The notes beneath the pieces were generated by a model. It searched no databases. It had not been told where the DNA came from and saw only the letters and a list, made by a program, of their open reading frames with translations. Shown one piece after another: positions 1 through 9,574 of a stretch of DNA of 64,000 bases. This stretch comes from Clostridia bacterium (GTDB lineage: Bacteria > Bacillota > Clostridia > Oscillospirales > Acutalibacteraceae). Made by a program: the position numbers and the translations under genes. Each line of letters starts with the position of its first letter. Positions within the stretch are counted from its first letter, which is position 1. The stretch covers positions 5,006 to 69,005 of the forward strand of contig JAFQFZ010000039.1 in the NCBI GenBank assembly GCA_017398425.1, read 5' to 3'.

Positions 1-1542
1 CGTGCGCCCTCGATCGCGGAGGACATCGGCATGACGGCAGGCTGTGCGCGTGTGACCCTCACCGCTCAAGACAGTGGTTTGACGCTGTATTACACCACCG
101 ACGGCACCACCCCGACCTTGTCGTCCAAGCGCTACACGGGACCGATGGACATCCCCTGTGACACGACGCTCAAGGTGATCGGTATCGACAAATTCGGCAC
201 ACGCACTCCCGTCGCCTCCAAACGTATCGAAAAGCAGTACGACGGCGTGTTTGACGCAAGCTACTATCTGTCGCGCTATCCCGAATTGCATCAGCAATAC
301 GGCACGGACGAAAAAGCGCTTCTCGACCACTTCCTGAAAACCGGCTTGTACGAGGGACGTCAGGCAAGTCCTTTGTTTGCGATCGACTATTATATGACGC
401 AGTACCGCGACCTTTCGTCGATCTACGGTGCCAACCGCACCGCTTATATGGCGCACTTCCAATCGACGGGCATGAAAGAGGGCAGAAGAGGCTCGGTGCA
501 ATTCGATCCCGTGTCCTATCGCTTGCAGTATGCGGATCTGCGCCGCGCGTTCAAGAACGACTGGAAAAAATATTATATGCACTATCTGCGCGCAGGCATG
601 AAGGAGAATCGTGCCGGCACCGGTTGCCGCTACATGGAAAACGCCTTGACCGTGTATGAGGGACGAGACTATGCGTCGGTCTACAACTACGCCTATTATA
701 CGACCAAGTACCCCGACATCCTGAAAGCCTTCGGCTACGACGACGAAGCGACCCTGCGCCACTTCGTCAAAGCGGGTATGAAAGAGAAGCGTCAAGGCAA
801 CGCGCAGTTTGACGTGCGCTCTTACTATCGGCAGTATCCCGACCTGCGCCGCGTCTACGGTCAGAGCTTCGAAAAGTACTACCTCCATTACATTGCCAAC
901 GGCAAGCGCGAGGGACGCGCGTCGCGCGGATGCGCGGTGATGATGTCGCCGACGACGGTGTACGCCGGGGTCGACTACGCCGCCGTGTATGACTACACCT
1001 ACTACCTTGAGCATCAACCGCAGGTGCTTGCCGAATGCGGCGAGGACGACACCGCTGTGCTTCGCCACTTCGCCACCGTCGGTATGCCCAAAGGCGTGCA
1101 AGGAAATGAAGCCTTTTCGGTGGAGTCGTATTATAAGCAGTATCCCGATCTGCGCCGCGCGTTCGGTACGGACCTGACGCGCTACTACTATCACTACATC
1201 AAAGTCGGCAAGCGTGAGGGGCGTCGCACGAGCGGTTGCACCGCCATGGTCGGTTACACCACCGTGCAAAACGGGGTGGATTACGCCGCCGTATACGACT
1301 ACAACACCTACATGCGGTTGCATCCCGATCTCGCTAAGGTGTACAAATGGAACGAAAAGGCGGCGCTGGCGCATTTCGTGCGCTTCGGTGTGCGCGAGGG
1401 TCGTCAAGCGTCCGATGCCTTCAGCGTCAAAACGTATCGCGCACGGTACGCGGATTTGCAAAAGGCGTTCGGCGATGCGTATGAAAAGTACGTCAACCAT
1501 TATCTCAAGTGCGGCATCCGCGAAGGTCGCCGCGGTATCTAA
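1..1542 (+). CDS. Secreted repeat protein, 5'-truncated at window edge: Fn3-associated/chitobiase-C-like module followed by nine copies of a ~35-aa Y-x-x-YPDL...G...HY-x-x-G-x-x-EGR motif
   Basis: Frame 1 is open from base 1, with no stop before the ATG at 31. Stop is TAA at 1540-1542. TLYYTTDGTTPTLSSKRYTGPMDIP resembles CHB_HEX_C/Fn3-assoc modules. The motif recurs nine times, e.g. SYYKQYPDLRRAFGTDLTRYYYHYIKVGKREGRR. A terminator follows. Confidence 0.8.
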   Translation, partial: RAPSIAEDIGMTAGCARVTLTAQDSGLTLYYTTDGTTPTLSSKRYTGPMDIPCDTTLKVIGIDKFGTRTPVASKRIEKQYDGVFDASYYLSRYPELHQQYGTDEKALLDHFLKTGLYEGRQASPLFAIDYYMTQYRDLSSIYGANRTAYMAHFQSTGMKEGRRGSVQFDPVSYRLQYADLRRAFKNDWKKYYMHYLRAGMKENRAGTGCRYMENALTVYEGRDYASVYNYAYYTTKYPDILKAFGYDDEATLRHFVKAGMKEKRQGNAQFDVRSYYRQYPDLRRVYGQSFEKYYLHYIANGKREGRASRGCAVMMSPTTVYAGVDYAAVYDYTYYLEHQPQVLAECGEDDTAVLRHFATVGMPKGVQGNEAFSVESYYKQYPDLRRAFGTDLTRYYYHYIKVGKREGRRTSGCTAMVGYTTVQNGVDYAAVYDYNTYMRLHPDLAKVYKWNEKAALAHFVRFGVREGRQASDAFSVKTYRARYADLQKAFGDAYEKYVNHYLKCGIREGRRGI

Positions 1543-1548
1543 ACTATG

Positions 1549-1582
1549 AAAAACCGCCGCGCTATGCGGCGCGGCGGTTTTT
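1549..1582 (+). terminator. Rho-independent terminator
   Basis: GC-rich hairpin aaaaaccgccgcgc-tatg-cggcgcggcggttttt immediately after the stop codon. Confidence 0.85.
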
Positions 1583-1608
1583 GATATTTAGCAAAGGGGC
1601 GATATAAG

Positions 1609-2481
1609 ATGAAACTGGTATCCTTCGGTGAAGTCCTGTTTGATGTATATCCCGATGCGGCGCACATCGGTGGTGCACCGCTCAACGTGGCGGCGCACAC
1701 GGCATTGCACGGTGCGACGGTGCAGATGCTTTCGGCGGTCGGTGACGACGCGCTCGGTCAGCGCGCGCTCGAGCAGATGCGCGTGTGGGGCATCGGTACG
1801 GATTTGGTGACGGTGCATACCGATCTGCCGACGGGCGCTTGTAACGTGACGCTCGATGCCAACGGCATCCCGTCCTATGCTCTGGCAGAGAACACGGCGT
1901 GGGATCGCATCGAAGCGCCCGCTGCACCGCTCAACGCCGACGTGCTGTATTTCGGCACGCTGGCCCTGCGCAGTGAAGCCAACCGCAACACGCTGTCTCG
2001 TGTGCTTGCGGAAAACACGTTTGCCGAGGTGGTGGCGGATGTCAACATCCGCCGTCCGTTCTTCAACGAAACGACCATCCTCTTTGCACTCAAAAATGCG
2101 ACGATCCTCAAGCTCAGCGACGAAGACTGGGAGCAGATGCGTGCGTTTGTCCCGTCGGTGACCGCCGAGGAACCCGAAGCGATCTGCCGTGCGCTTGCGT
2201 CGCTCTTTGATAACCTGCGCGTGATCCTTTGGACGCAGGGTGGCGACGGTGCGTGCGCGTGGGAAGCGGCGACCGCCACGTGGATCCATCAACCTGCCGT
2301 GAAGGCGACGGTGGTGTCCACCGTCGGTGCGGGCGACAGCTTTGCGTCGTCGTTCCTGGCGCGCCGTCAGGAGGGTGCGTCGATCGCCGCGTGTTTGAAG
2401 CACGCCGCAACGGTGGCGGCGCTGGTCGTCTCGAATGAGTCGGCAGTCCCCGCCTACGACCCGAACGTCTTATCCGTCTGA
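1609..2481 (+). CDS. PfkB-family carbohydrate kinase (fructokinase-like)
   Basis: RBS AAGGGG upstream of the ATG. N-terminal FGEVLFDVYPD..IGGAPLNVA and C-terminal GAGDSFASSFLA match the PfkB signatures. Confidence 0.8.
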   Translation: MKLVSFGEVLFDVYPDAAHIGGAPLNVAAHTALHGATVQMLSAVGDDALGQRALEQMRVWGIGTDLVTVHTDLPTGACNVTLDANGIPSYALAENTAWDRIEAPAAPLNADVLYFGTLALRSEANRNTLSRVLAENTFAEVVADVNIRRPFFNETTILFALKNATILKLSDEDWEQMRAFVPSVTAEEPEAICRALASLFDNLRVILWTQGGDGACAWEAATATWIHQPAVKATVVSTVGAGDSFASSFLARRQEGASIAACLKHAATVAALVVSNESAVPAYDPNVLSV

Positions 2482-3243
2482 CTGCTTGCGGAAGGCGGTC
2501 GGGGACATGCCGTACTGCTTTCGGAACACGCGATTGAAGGTGCGGATGGTCGCAAATCCCGCCATATCCGATACTTCGGTCACGGAATAGGTCTTGTTTT
2601 TGAGCAACTGCACGGCGTTGTTCAGCCGCAGGGTATTGATATGGTCGCAAAACCCGATGCCCAGTCGCGTGCTGAAAATGTGCGACACGGTGCTTTTGCT
2701 CAGTTCCAACTCGGCGGCTACGGAGGCGATGCTGATGTCCTCTTTGTAGTGCTCCGTGCAATATTGCAGAATGCGCAGAACGGTATCACTCGATACCGTT
2801 CCTTTTTCTATGGAGTAAAAGGTGATCAGCTTTTCAAAGAACGCCGTCAAATACGCTTCGATGACGGTGCTGTAGCCGTCTCGCTCGAATTCTTCAAGTG
2901 CCATGGTCAGGAGCGCCACGGTGTTCGTGTCCGCCGCGGTGGTCGCTTGTAAGGGATAGCCTTTCAAGAACAGCTCATATTGGTTCGGGAGCATCGTCGG
3001 CTTGAGAACGAGGAGAATGTAATCCCCGTTACTGCTGTCGGTGTAGTGATGCACCTGGTTGGGGAAAACCAGGAAAAACTGCCCCTCCTCCACGCGGTAG
3101 GCGCGACCGTCGCAGTAGGCGATCGAAAAGCCGCGCTTGACAAACACCAGCTCAATATCCTCGTGGATGTGGGCAGGATAATCCAATTGCTTCGTGGAAT
3201 AAAACGCAGGCTCTTGTTTGGTTTCACGAAAGACTTTCCGCAT
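2470..3243 (-). CDS. AraC-family transcriptional regulator (cupin sensor + HTH)
   Basis: Cupin-like N-terminus (HIHEDIELVFVKRG) and C-terminal AraC HTH (SIASVAAELELSKSTVSHIF...TVTEVSDMAGFATIRTFNRVFRKQYGMSP). The 3' end overlaps the kinase gene convergently by 12 nt. Confidence 0.85.
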   Translation of the reverse strand: MRKVFRETKQEPAFYSTKQLDYPAHIHEDIELVFVKRGFSIAYCDGRAYRVEEGQFFLVFPNQVHHYTDSSNGDYILLVLKPTMLPNQYELFLKGYPLQATTAADTNTVALLTMALEEFERDGYSTVIEAYLTAFFEKLITFYSIEKGTVSSDTVLRILQYCTEHYKEDISIASVAAELELSKSTVSHIFSTRLGIGFCDHINTLRLNNAVQLLKNKTYSVTEVSDMAGFATIRTFNRVFRKQYGMSPTAFRKQSDG

Positions 3244-3292
3244 AGAATCCCCTTCTTTTGCATTTTTTGTCCGATAAACACCGTTTTATGAC

Positions 3293-3321
3293 TTGTATTG
3301 TAACAGAATTTGTCCTATAAT
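3293..3321 (+). promoter_or_regulatory. Sigma-70-type promoter for the 3459 gene
   Basis: TTGTAT, 17 nt, TATAAT in the AT-rich intergenic region. This leaves a ~135-nt leader. Confidence 0.55.
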
Positions 3322-3458
3322 ACAATAGGATACATAAGATTTTAATTATTTTGAACCGTTTTGGATATGTTGCACAAAAGCTGTGCGGTGTTTTTGGAAA
3401 CAAGGTTGGTACAAAAAGGTATGTATACCTGATCACATAATCTTTAGGAGGAAACAGT

Positions 3459-5549
3459 ATGAAGCAGATCATCAAAAGCAGCATCGGCATCCTGTGTGCG
3501 CTGGCGTTATTGTTGACGGCGCTTCCCGCCATCGTCTTGACGACGGAGCCGCTCACGGCGGATGCGGCGGTGACGCACCTTCCCGTGCAACGCCAGTACG
3601 ATGCAAAATGGAAGAACTATTACATCGGCGGTCGTTCCATGTATCAGACCGCTTGCGGTATCTTCTCCATCGTCAACTCGGTCGGTTGGTTGACCGGCAA
3701 GTCGATGGACGTTATGGAAGTGGGTCGTTGGGCGTACAGCATCAAGGCGTTCAACTACTCTTCCGGCGGCACGACACGTTCGTTGCTCTATCCGAAGCTC
3801 CAAGCGAAGTACGGCGCGCAGTACGGCTTCACCGTGGACTGCAACGGCACGCAAGGCTACTGGGCCGGTGCGTCCAGCTCCCGCCTGAAGAATCACCTTG
3901 AGAACGGCGGCGTGGCGATCGCGCACGTGAAGGGTCACTTCATCGCGGTCGTTGATTACGATCGTTCCAGCAACAAGTTCCGCATCTTTGACAGTGCTCC
4001 CAGCTCGGCGCGCGGCAGTAACGTCTACGGCGAGTATGGTCTCGGTGACGTGTGGCTTTCGCAGAGCTTCCTGCAGACGACGGCCAAGATGACCATCGAC
4101 TGGTACTGCCTGCTCTCGAGCACTACGCCCGTGACTCCCGCGGACACCGCGGAAAAGATCGGCACCTGGCAGCTCAACAGCAAAGCGCCCGCCAGCGACC
4201 CCCTCAACGTCCGTGAGGGCCCCGGCACCTCCTACACCGATATCGGTGACTTGGTCCAGGGCGACATCGTCTACACCAGCGAGCTTTCGGGCAGCTGGGG
4301 CAAGATCAAGAAGATGGACAGCGGTCTCGAAGGCTGGGCGAGTGTTTCGAGCTACGCGGATTACATCGGCGTGGACGCGCTCGGCGGCACCCCGACGCCC
4401 GCGTGGGGCGATGTGAGCACCTATCTGGACGAAAACGGTCGCCGCACCATCATCAACAACTCCGCCACCGACACGGTGGGTTACGATTTGCTGTTGCCCA
4501 TCGATATCGGTGTGGACACCACGCCCTACATGAGCCTGCAGATCACCCCGAACTACGGCAACGGCTACTATTTCGGTATTTCGCAAAACGGCAGCAGTCA
4601 CTTCATGTTGCGCGACTGCAGCTCGAGCAGTCAGCTGGTCGTGGCGGAAACCGCGCCTTTCATGACCACGTGGGAGAAGTTGGAGATCGACCTGCGTGAC
4701 TGGTGGAAACCCGAAGGCGGCGAGAAAATCAACATGGTGCGTATCTATGTGGCGCCCTCCTCTTCGATCACGGTTGATTATTTCTACTTTGCCGCGGCGA
4801 GCGGTAAGGTCACCGATACGACCTACAACCTCATTCGTCAAGCGACTCCCATCATTAACGAGAACCTGATGGATCCCAACTCGATCGCAGTCGAGAGCTA
4901 TGATCGCAAAGGTTCCTATTCCTACGACAACGGTCGTTTGACGGTCACCTCCAACAGCCCTGAAGGCTACTCGGTCGTGTTCAACCTCAACAAGGACTTC
5001 AAACCCGCCGAGACGAAGAACTGGCTCTTTGACCTGACTTCGACCACCGGCTTTGACGTGCAGCTCGTGGCGACGACCTCGGTCGGTGATTGGAACTACG
5101 GCTTGGTTGCCGACTTCTGGCCGGGTCTGTGCGATACCCTCGAAGACGGCTATCTCCCCGCCGAGACCTACAAAGGCGAGTGCGACGTGTACAGCTGCTA
5201 CACCTGGAACAACAACCTGCCCGCCAACGGTGTCAGCACCATCAAGCAAGTGCGTGTGGTTCTGGCAGGCGAAGGCACCCTGACGCTGAACTCTTTGCAG
5301 GTTTCCAATACGACCGACATCGTGCGTTATGCGGACGGTCTGCAGAAGGAAGAGACCACCACCGGCGGTCTCAAGGGCGACGTGGACGGCAACGGCTCGG
5401 TTTCGACCGCGGATGCGCGCGAACTGCTGATGCTGCTCCTCACCGGTACCGGTATGGACGACAGCATGAAGGCGATCGCGGACTTCAACGGCGACGGTGA
5501 GGTTTCGACCTCCGATGCCCGTGAACTGCTCCTTTCGGTGCTTCTCTAA
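3459..5549 (+). CDS. Secreted C39-like (papain-fold) cysteine peptidase domain + SH3b + beta-sandwich region + C-terminal dockerin
   Basis: RBS AGGAGG and a signal peptide. Candidate Cys/His pair in YQTACGIFSI and GHFIAVVDYD. SH3-like LNVREGPGTSYTDIGDLVQGDIVY. Dockerin duplicate GDVDGNGSVSTADARELL / DFNGDGEVSTSDARELL. Confidence 0.75.
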   Translation: MKQIIKSSIGILCALALLLTALPAIVLTTEPLTADAAVTHLPVQRQYDAKWKNYYIGGRSMYQTACGIFSIVNSVGWLTGKSMDVMEVGRWAYSIKAFNYSSGGTTRSLLYPKLQAKYGAQYGFTVDCNGTQGYWAGASSSRLKNHLENGGVAIAHVKGHFIAVVDYDRSSNKFRIFDSAPSSARGSNVYGEYGLGDVWLSQSFLQTTAKMTIDWYCLLSSTTPVTPADTAEKIGTWQLNSKAPASDPLNVREGPGTSYTDIGDLVQGDIVYTSELSGSWGKIKKMDSGLEGWASVSSYADYIGVDALGGTPTPAWGDVSTYLDENGRRTIINNSATDTVGYDLLLPIDIGVDTTPYMSLQITPNYGNGYYFGISQNGSSHFMLRDCSSSSQLVVAETAPFMTTWEKLEIDLRDWWKPEGGEKINMVRIYVAPSSSITVDYFYFAAASGKVTDTTYNLIRQATPIINENLMDPNSIAVESYDRKGSYSYDNGRLTVTSNSPEGYSVVFNLNKDFKPAETKNWLFDLTSTTGFDVQLVATTSVGDWNYGLVADFWPGLCDTLEDGYLPAETYKGECDVYSCYTWNNNLPANGVSTIKQVRVVLAGEGTLTLNSLQVSNTTDIVRYADGLQKEETTTGGLKGDVDGNGSVSTADARELLMLLLTGTGMDDSMKAIADFNGDGEVSTSDARELLLSVLL

Positions 5550-5558
5550 AGAGTAACG

Positions 5559-5594
5559 AAAAATCCCCTCGACATTGGTCGAGGGGATTTTTTT
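5559..5594. terminator. Bidirectional terminator between convergent genes
   Basis: aaaaatcccctcgac-attg-gtcgaggggattttttt, with an A-run on one side and a T-run on the other. Confidence 0.85.
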
Positions 5595-5601
5595 GCGTTT
5601 T

Positions 5602-6249
5602 TCACAGTGTGATGATGTGCAGGTCTTCGATGGTGGTTCCAGCGCATACGGCAATGCGCGCACCGCTCGGAAGACGAAATTCACGAAATTGCCACGACGC
5701 ATCGACGGGGGCGGTCACAAGTGTCGCGCCGTTGTTCGTGAGCGAAAAACAAAAGCGCTCCATCCCGACGGACAATCCCTTGCCGCACGCCTTGACCGCA
5801 CTTTCCTTGAGCGTCCAAAAGCGCAACGCGGCATCGAGGCGTTCGTGTGGTGGGAGGGACGTGAGAAACGCTTTCTCGGCATTACCGCAAACGCGTTCTG
5901 TGACCTTCAGGAGCGCGTCTCGCGGATGCTCGACGTCACACCCGACTTCCGTGTCCGACACGGCACAGACCGCCACAGAACCGCTGTGTGAGAGATTAAA
6001 ACCGAACGGCTTCCCTTCTGGGTGCGGCTTGCCGTGTGCGTCGCGCACAAGCGACGCTTTGGGCAAGCCCAGAACATTCGACGCGCGCCACAGCAGAAGC
6101 TCCGCACCAAGTGAGGCGCGCTGTGCAACGGGAGAGTGCAGGCGGTCGACCGCCGCGCGCCGCGCGTCGCTCACCGCGTCATAGGCACGGCGGTACGCGT
6201 CACCGACGAGTGCACTCGTGTCGGCAACGAAAACGTGGGTCGTGTTCAA
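5602..6249 (-). CDS. Sfp-type 4'-phosphopantetheinyl transferase
   Basis: FNLSHSGSVAVCAVS..EVGCDVE and WTLKESAVKACGKGL are the PPTase signature blocks. Confidence 0.8.
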   Translation of the reverse strand: MNTTHVFVADTSALVGDAYRRAYDAVSDARRAAVDRLHSPVAQRASLGAELLLWRASNVLGLPKASLVRDAHGKPHPEGKPFGFNLSHSGSVAVCAVSDTEVGCDVEHPRDALLKVTERVCGNAEKAFLTSLPPHERLDAALRFWTLKESAVKACGKGLSVGMERFCFSLTNNGATLVTAPVDASWQFREFRLPSGARIAVCAGTTIEDLHIITL

Positions 6250-6393
6250 GCATTTCCCTCCTTAGCGGTATCGTTTTCTTCAGTATATCACAGTTCTTTC
6301 GCAGTCGCAACGTGGAATTGTTATTGAAAATCGAGAGCGGTTGTTTTATAATAGAACCGGATGATATTACCTTGCCTCAAAGGAGGATGCTGT

Positions 6394-9300
6394 ATGAATA
6401 TGTTCGGTCGTATAGTGGGGATCGTGGGCGTTGTGTGCGGACTGTTGCTGTCACCGTTCACGCTGTGCGGTGTCGCACAGGCAGAAAATGCCCCTTTGCT
6501 TCAAAGCGGACGCTTTGAGACGGACAACAGCTTTTTGACCTACGAGCAATATGAAATGCTCGGGTTTGTCGGTTTGGGGTCTGCCGCGTCGCAGGATCTG
6601 GACCCGACCGCGCACCCTCTGCAGGATTACAACGACCCGTCCCTGACCTACACGGGAAACGTGGAATACGGTTGGTCGAATCCGCAGGTGCTCAGCGTGA
6701 TGCTGTCCTCGCCCTACTGGGATGAGCTGAACTACGGTGCGGACATGGGAGCCGCCGGCAGCACCAAATACACGGTGACAAGCGGTGTGGATATCGGCGG
6801 TACACTGGGGTATGACATCACGCTGTCCACCTCCTGCTCGGTGGCGGCGCGCGCGACCGCGGTCGGAAACGGAGCCGGTGCCGGTTTTGATGTGGGGGCG
6901 GCCGCCGGCTTTGCGCAAACGGTGCAGAGAAACAAAACCCAAAGCACGAGCTTTACCTTCGAAGCCGGTGCCGGGGACGACCACGTGGCGATGGTGGTGT
7001 TCCCGATGGCGGTGTATCAGTACGAATGGACGGTGAACGGCGAGAAGCAGTATGTGTTTGCCACAGTCCAGCTTACGCCGGTATTTGCCATGCAGACGCT
7101 CACCAACTACAACCGCGTTGCCAAACGATACAATCTGAACACCGACAGCACGCACTTGGTGCTTCCCGTGTTTGATATGCAGGATATTTGCCCCGGCTAT
7201 ACCCCGGGAGACCCGACAGGATGCTTCTCTGTGGAAAAGGGGTTACCGCAAGGCTTCACGATGATCAACGGAGCCTGGATGCCCTCGACGGTCGGTGACA
7301 CGCCCACCGCCGACCAAATTCGCGGCGAAACGCTGGTCTCCGCCTACGATTACACCGTCAGCCTCGGCAACGCCGACACCGGCGCGGAATCGAGTCTGGA
7401 AGTGTCCACCGCCGTCGGCGTATCGGGCGAAGTGCATGTGGCACTTTCCGGCTCGGTCTACGGCGAAGCCATCGGCGGATTTGATCTGTTTGGGTTTAAC
7501 GGTGAGGTCGCCGTACGGTCCACGTGGGGTGTGGAGTGCGGCGTGTCGCTGAGCACTTCACGCGTGATCAGCCGCGGCAACGCCTATTCCATGGAGTTTA
7601 TCGATCTTCCGTCTTCGGCGGCGACCGGTGTGACGGGACAAAATATCCCGAAAAGCGACTATGCGTTTCAAGCGCGGCTGGCGGTGTGGATGCCGACGGC
7701 CAAAGGGGAAAACGTAGCGTATGCCCCGTGCATCATCAGCCCCTTGACGGAGTTTTCCTCTGCAATGCCGTTGTATTTGCCCGACGATCTGCACGTGTCC
7801 GCTGTGACGCGTGACAGCATCACGCTGGCATGGTCGAACCCCGAAGAGTCGCCGCGCCTGCCGGATGTATATGCAGTGCATATGAAATCGGTCGGCGTCA
7901 CGTCGGCGTATTCCGAACGCACCACCGTCGATGCCGCGGCGCAGTCGATCACGATCGAGGGTTTGACTCCGAACACCACCTATGAGTTCGCGCTGTCGGC
8001 GCGCAAGGGCGAGCAAAACGGCGTGATCGGTCCATCGGTGACGGTGACTACGGTCGGCGACGGCTATCCGACCGTCACAAAGCAACCGACCGATCTGGTG
8101 GCTAAAGAGACGGAGAGAGCGGAGTTTTCCGTCGAAGCCGTGCCGTTTGAAAACGGCGCGAAGCTGACCTATCAATGGTATCGGTTGGACGAGGGACGCT
8201 ACGGCGCTTCGTGGACAAAGCTGATCGGACAAACCTCCGCCGTGTTCAACGCGGCGTACTATACCGCCGACGGTACGATCGGACGTGAAGATCGGGAAAC
8301 GCTTGACGGTACGATCTACGCCTGCCTCATCACCGAACAGCGCGCGTCGGGTGCGGTGAACATCAATTCCAACGCCGTGCGCCTGACCATCGATAACACC
8401 TACACTATCAAGAATTACAAAGAGCTTCGCGAACTGGCGCTCAGGGTGTCGCTCGGTGATCGGGAGGCGGCAAAGGCTACCTACTATCTCGACAACGACA
8501 TCGATGCCGCCGCGGGAGTGGAATGGGACGTCCCCATCGGTAGTGAGAGCGTTCCGTTTGTCGGAGCGTTTGACGGCCGCGGTCATACCATCCGCGGTCT
8601 GCATTACAGCGGCTACGATGCGCTCGGCTACCACGGTTTGTTCGGCGTTGTGTCCGATGCCGAACTGACGCGCATCTCGCTGGAGCAGGTGAACTTCAAT
8701 GTACAAGCCGCGTCGTTCGGTACGATCTGCGGCATGGCCACAAACGCAACAACCATCCGCGATTGCGCGGTCAGCGGCAAGATCAACGTCATCAACCGCA
8801 CCTATGCCGGCGGCATTTGCGGGTATGCGGCGTCGGGCAATGTGACGGTCGAACGTTGCCTTGTGAATGCCGAGATGGACACACGCGTCACCTATGCCGG
8901 CGGCATCTGCGGCTTTACCCGAGGTGATGTTCGCAACGTCGGCGTGGTTGGATCGCTCAAGGCGAAAAACCCCGCGTCTGACGGTCCCGACGGCGATGCA
9001 CCCGCCGGCTACGCGGGCGGTGTGTGCGGCTATTCGAAGGGCACTGTTTCCGATTCCTATTGCCGCGCCGACGTGGCCTACGGTCCGCACTATCGCAGCA
9101 ATATCACCAACGGCGCGCAAAGCAATTGCTATTACTACACTCCCACCGGCAACGGATCGGGTAATGTGCGCAGTGCGGCGGCGTTTGAAAGCGGTCAGGT
9201 CGCCTTTGAACTGAACAACGGCGTGACCGACGGCACACAGCCGTTCTATCAAGATCTCGATAACGGCAACACTCCGCAAGCTTATCCCGTGCTTGTCAAC

Positions 9301-9513
9301 AACGGAGACAACACGGTCTACGCCACCGAAGCGGGCGGTTATTCCAACGTGCAGATCATCGGTTCGTCGCCCGACCGCCCGCAGGACGATGCCGTGTCGT
9401 CGCCGCCGACGGGGGAATCGGATCCGATGTGGCTGTGGATGATCGGTTTGACGGCCATCTCGTTGCTGTCGGTGACTCTGATCGGCAAACGCCGAAAAGC
9501 CAAATCGTATTAA
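6394..9513 (+). CDS. Large surface protein: signal peptide, ~450-aa uncharacterised N-terminal domain, FN3, Ig-like, GLUG-repeat region, C-terminal TM anchor
   Basis: Start moved to the ATG at 6394, 7 nt after AGGAGG (the track starts at 6361). FN3-like LHVSAVTRDSITLAWSNP. YAGGICGY/YAGGVCGY recur as in GLUG motifs. C-terminal WLWMIGLTAISLLSVTLIGKRRKAK. Confidence 0.75.
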   Translation: MNMFGRIVGIVGVVCGLLLSPFTLCGVAQAENAPLLQSGRFETDNSFLTYEQYEMLGFVGLGSAASQDLDPTAHPLQDYNDPSLTYTGNVEYGWSNPQVLSVMLSSPYWDELNYGADMGAAGSTKYTVTSGVDIGGTLGYDITLSTSCSVAARATAVGNGAGAGFDVGAAAGFAQTVQRNKTQSTSFTFEAGAGDDHVAMVVFPMAVYQYEWTVNGEKQYVFATVQLTPVFAMQTLTNYNRVAKRYNLNTDSTHLVLPVFDMQDICPGYTPGDPTGCFSVEKGLPQGFTMINGAWMPSTVGDTPTADQIRGETLVSAYDYTVSLGNADTGAESSLEVSTAVGVSGEVHVALSGSVYGEAIGGFDLFGFNGEVAVRSTWGVECGVSLSTSRVISRGNAYSMEFIDLPSSAATGVTGQNIPKSDYAFQARLAVWMPTAKGENVAYAPCIISPLTEFSSAMPLYLPDDLHVSAVTRDSITLAWSNPEESPRLPDVYAVHMKSVGVTSAYSERTTVDAAAQSITIEGLTPNTTYEFALSARKGEQNGVIGPSVTVTTVGDGYPTVTKQPTDLVAKETERAEFSVEAVPFENGAKLTYQWYRLDEGRYGASWTKLIGQTSAVFNAAYYTADGTIGREDRETLDGTIYACLITEQRASGAVNINSNAVRLTIDNTYTIKNYKELRELALRVSLGDREAAKATYYLDNDIDAAAGVEWDVPIGSESVPFVGAFDGRGHTIRGLHYSGYDALGYHGLFGVVSDAELTRISLEQVNFNVQAASFGTICGMATNATTIRDCAVSGKINVINRTYAGGICGYAASGNVTVERCLVNAEMDTRVTYAGGICGFTRGDVRNVGVVGSLKAKNPASDGPDGDAPAGYAGGVCGYSKGTVSDSYCRADVAYGPHYRSNITNGAQSNCYYYTPTGNGSGNVRSAAAFESGQVAFELNNGVTDGTQPFYQDLDNGNTPQAYPVLVNNGDNTVYATEAGGYSNVQIIGSSPDRPQDDAVSSPPTGESDPMWLWMIGLTAISLLSVTLIGKRRKAKSY

Positions 9514-9518
9514 AAAAA

Positions 9519-9557
9519 CGAATCGCCCCTGCTTTTGAAAAAAGCAGGGGCGATTCG
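9519..9557. terminator. Bidirectional terminator
   Basis: cgaatcgcccctgctttt-gaaa-aaagcaggggcgattcg between convergent genes. Confidence 0.85.
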
Positions 9558-9574
9558 CGTTTCAGATCACGCGA

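Noticed and set aside
3507-5702. 731-aa minus-strand ORF
   Set aside because: It is antisense to the dockerin/C39-like gene. It has no RBS and an Arg/Gly-rich nonsense composition, and it runs across a bidirectional terminator.
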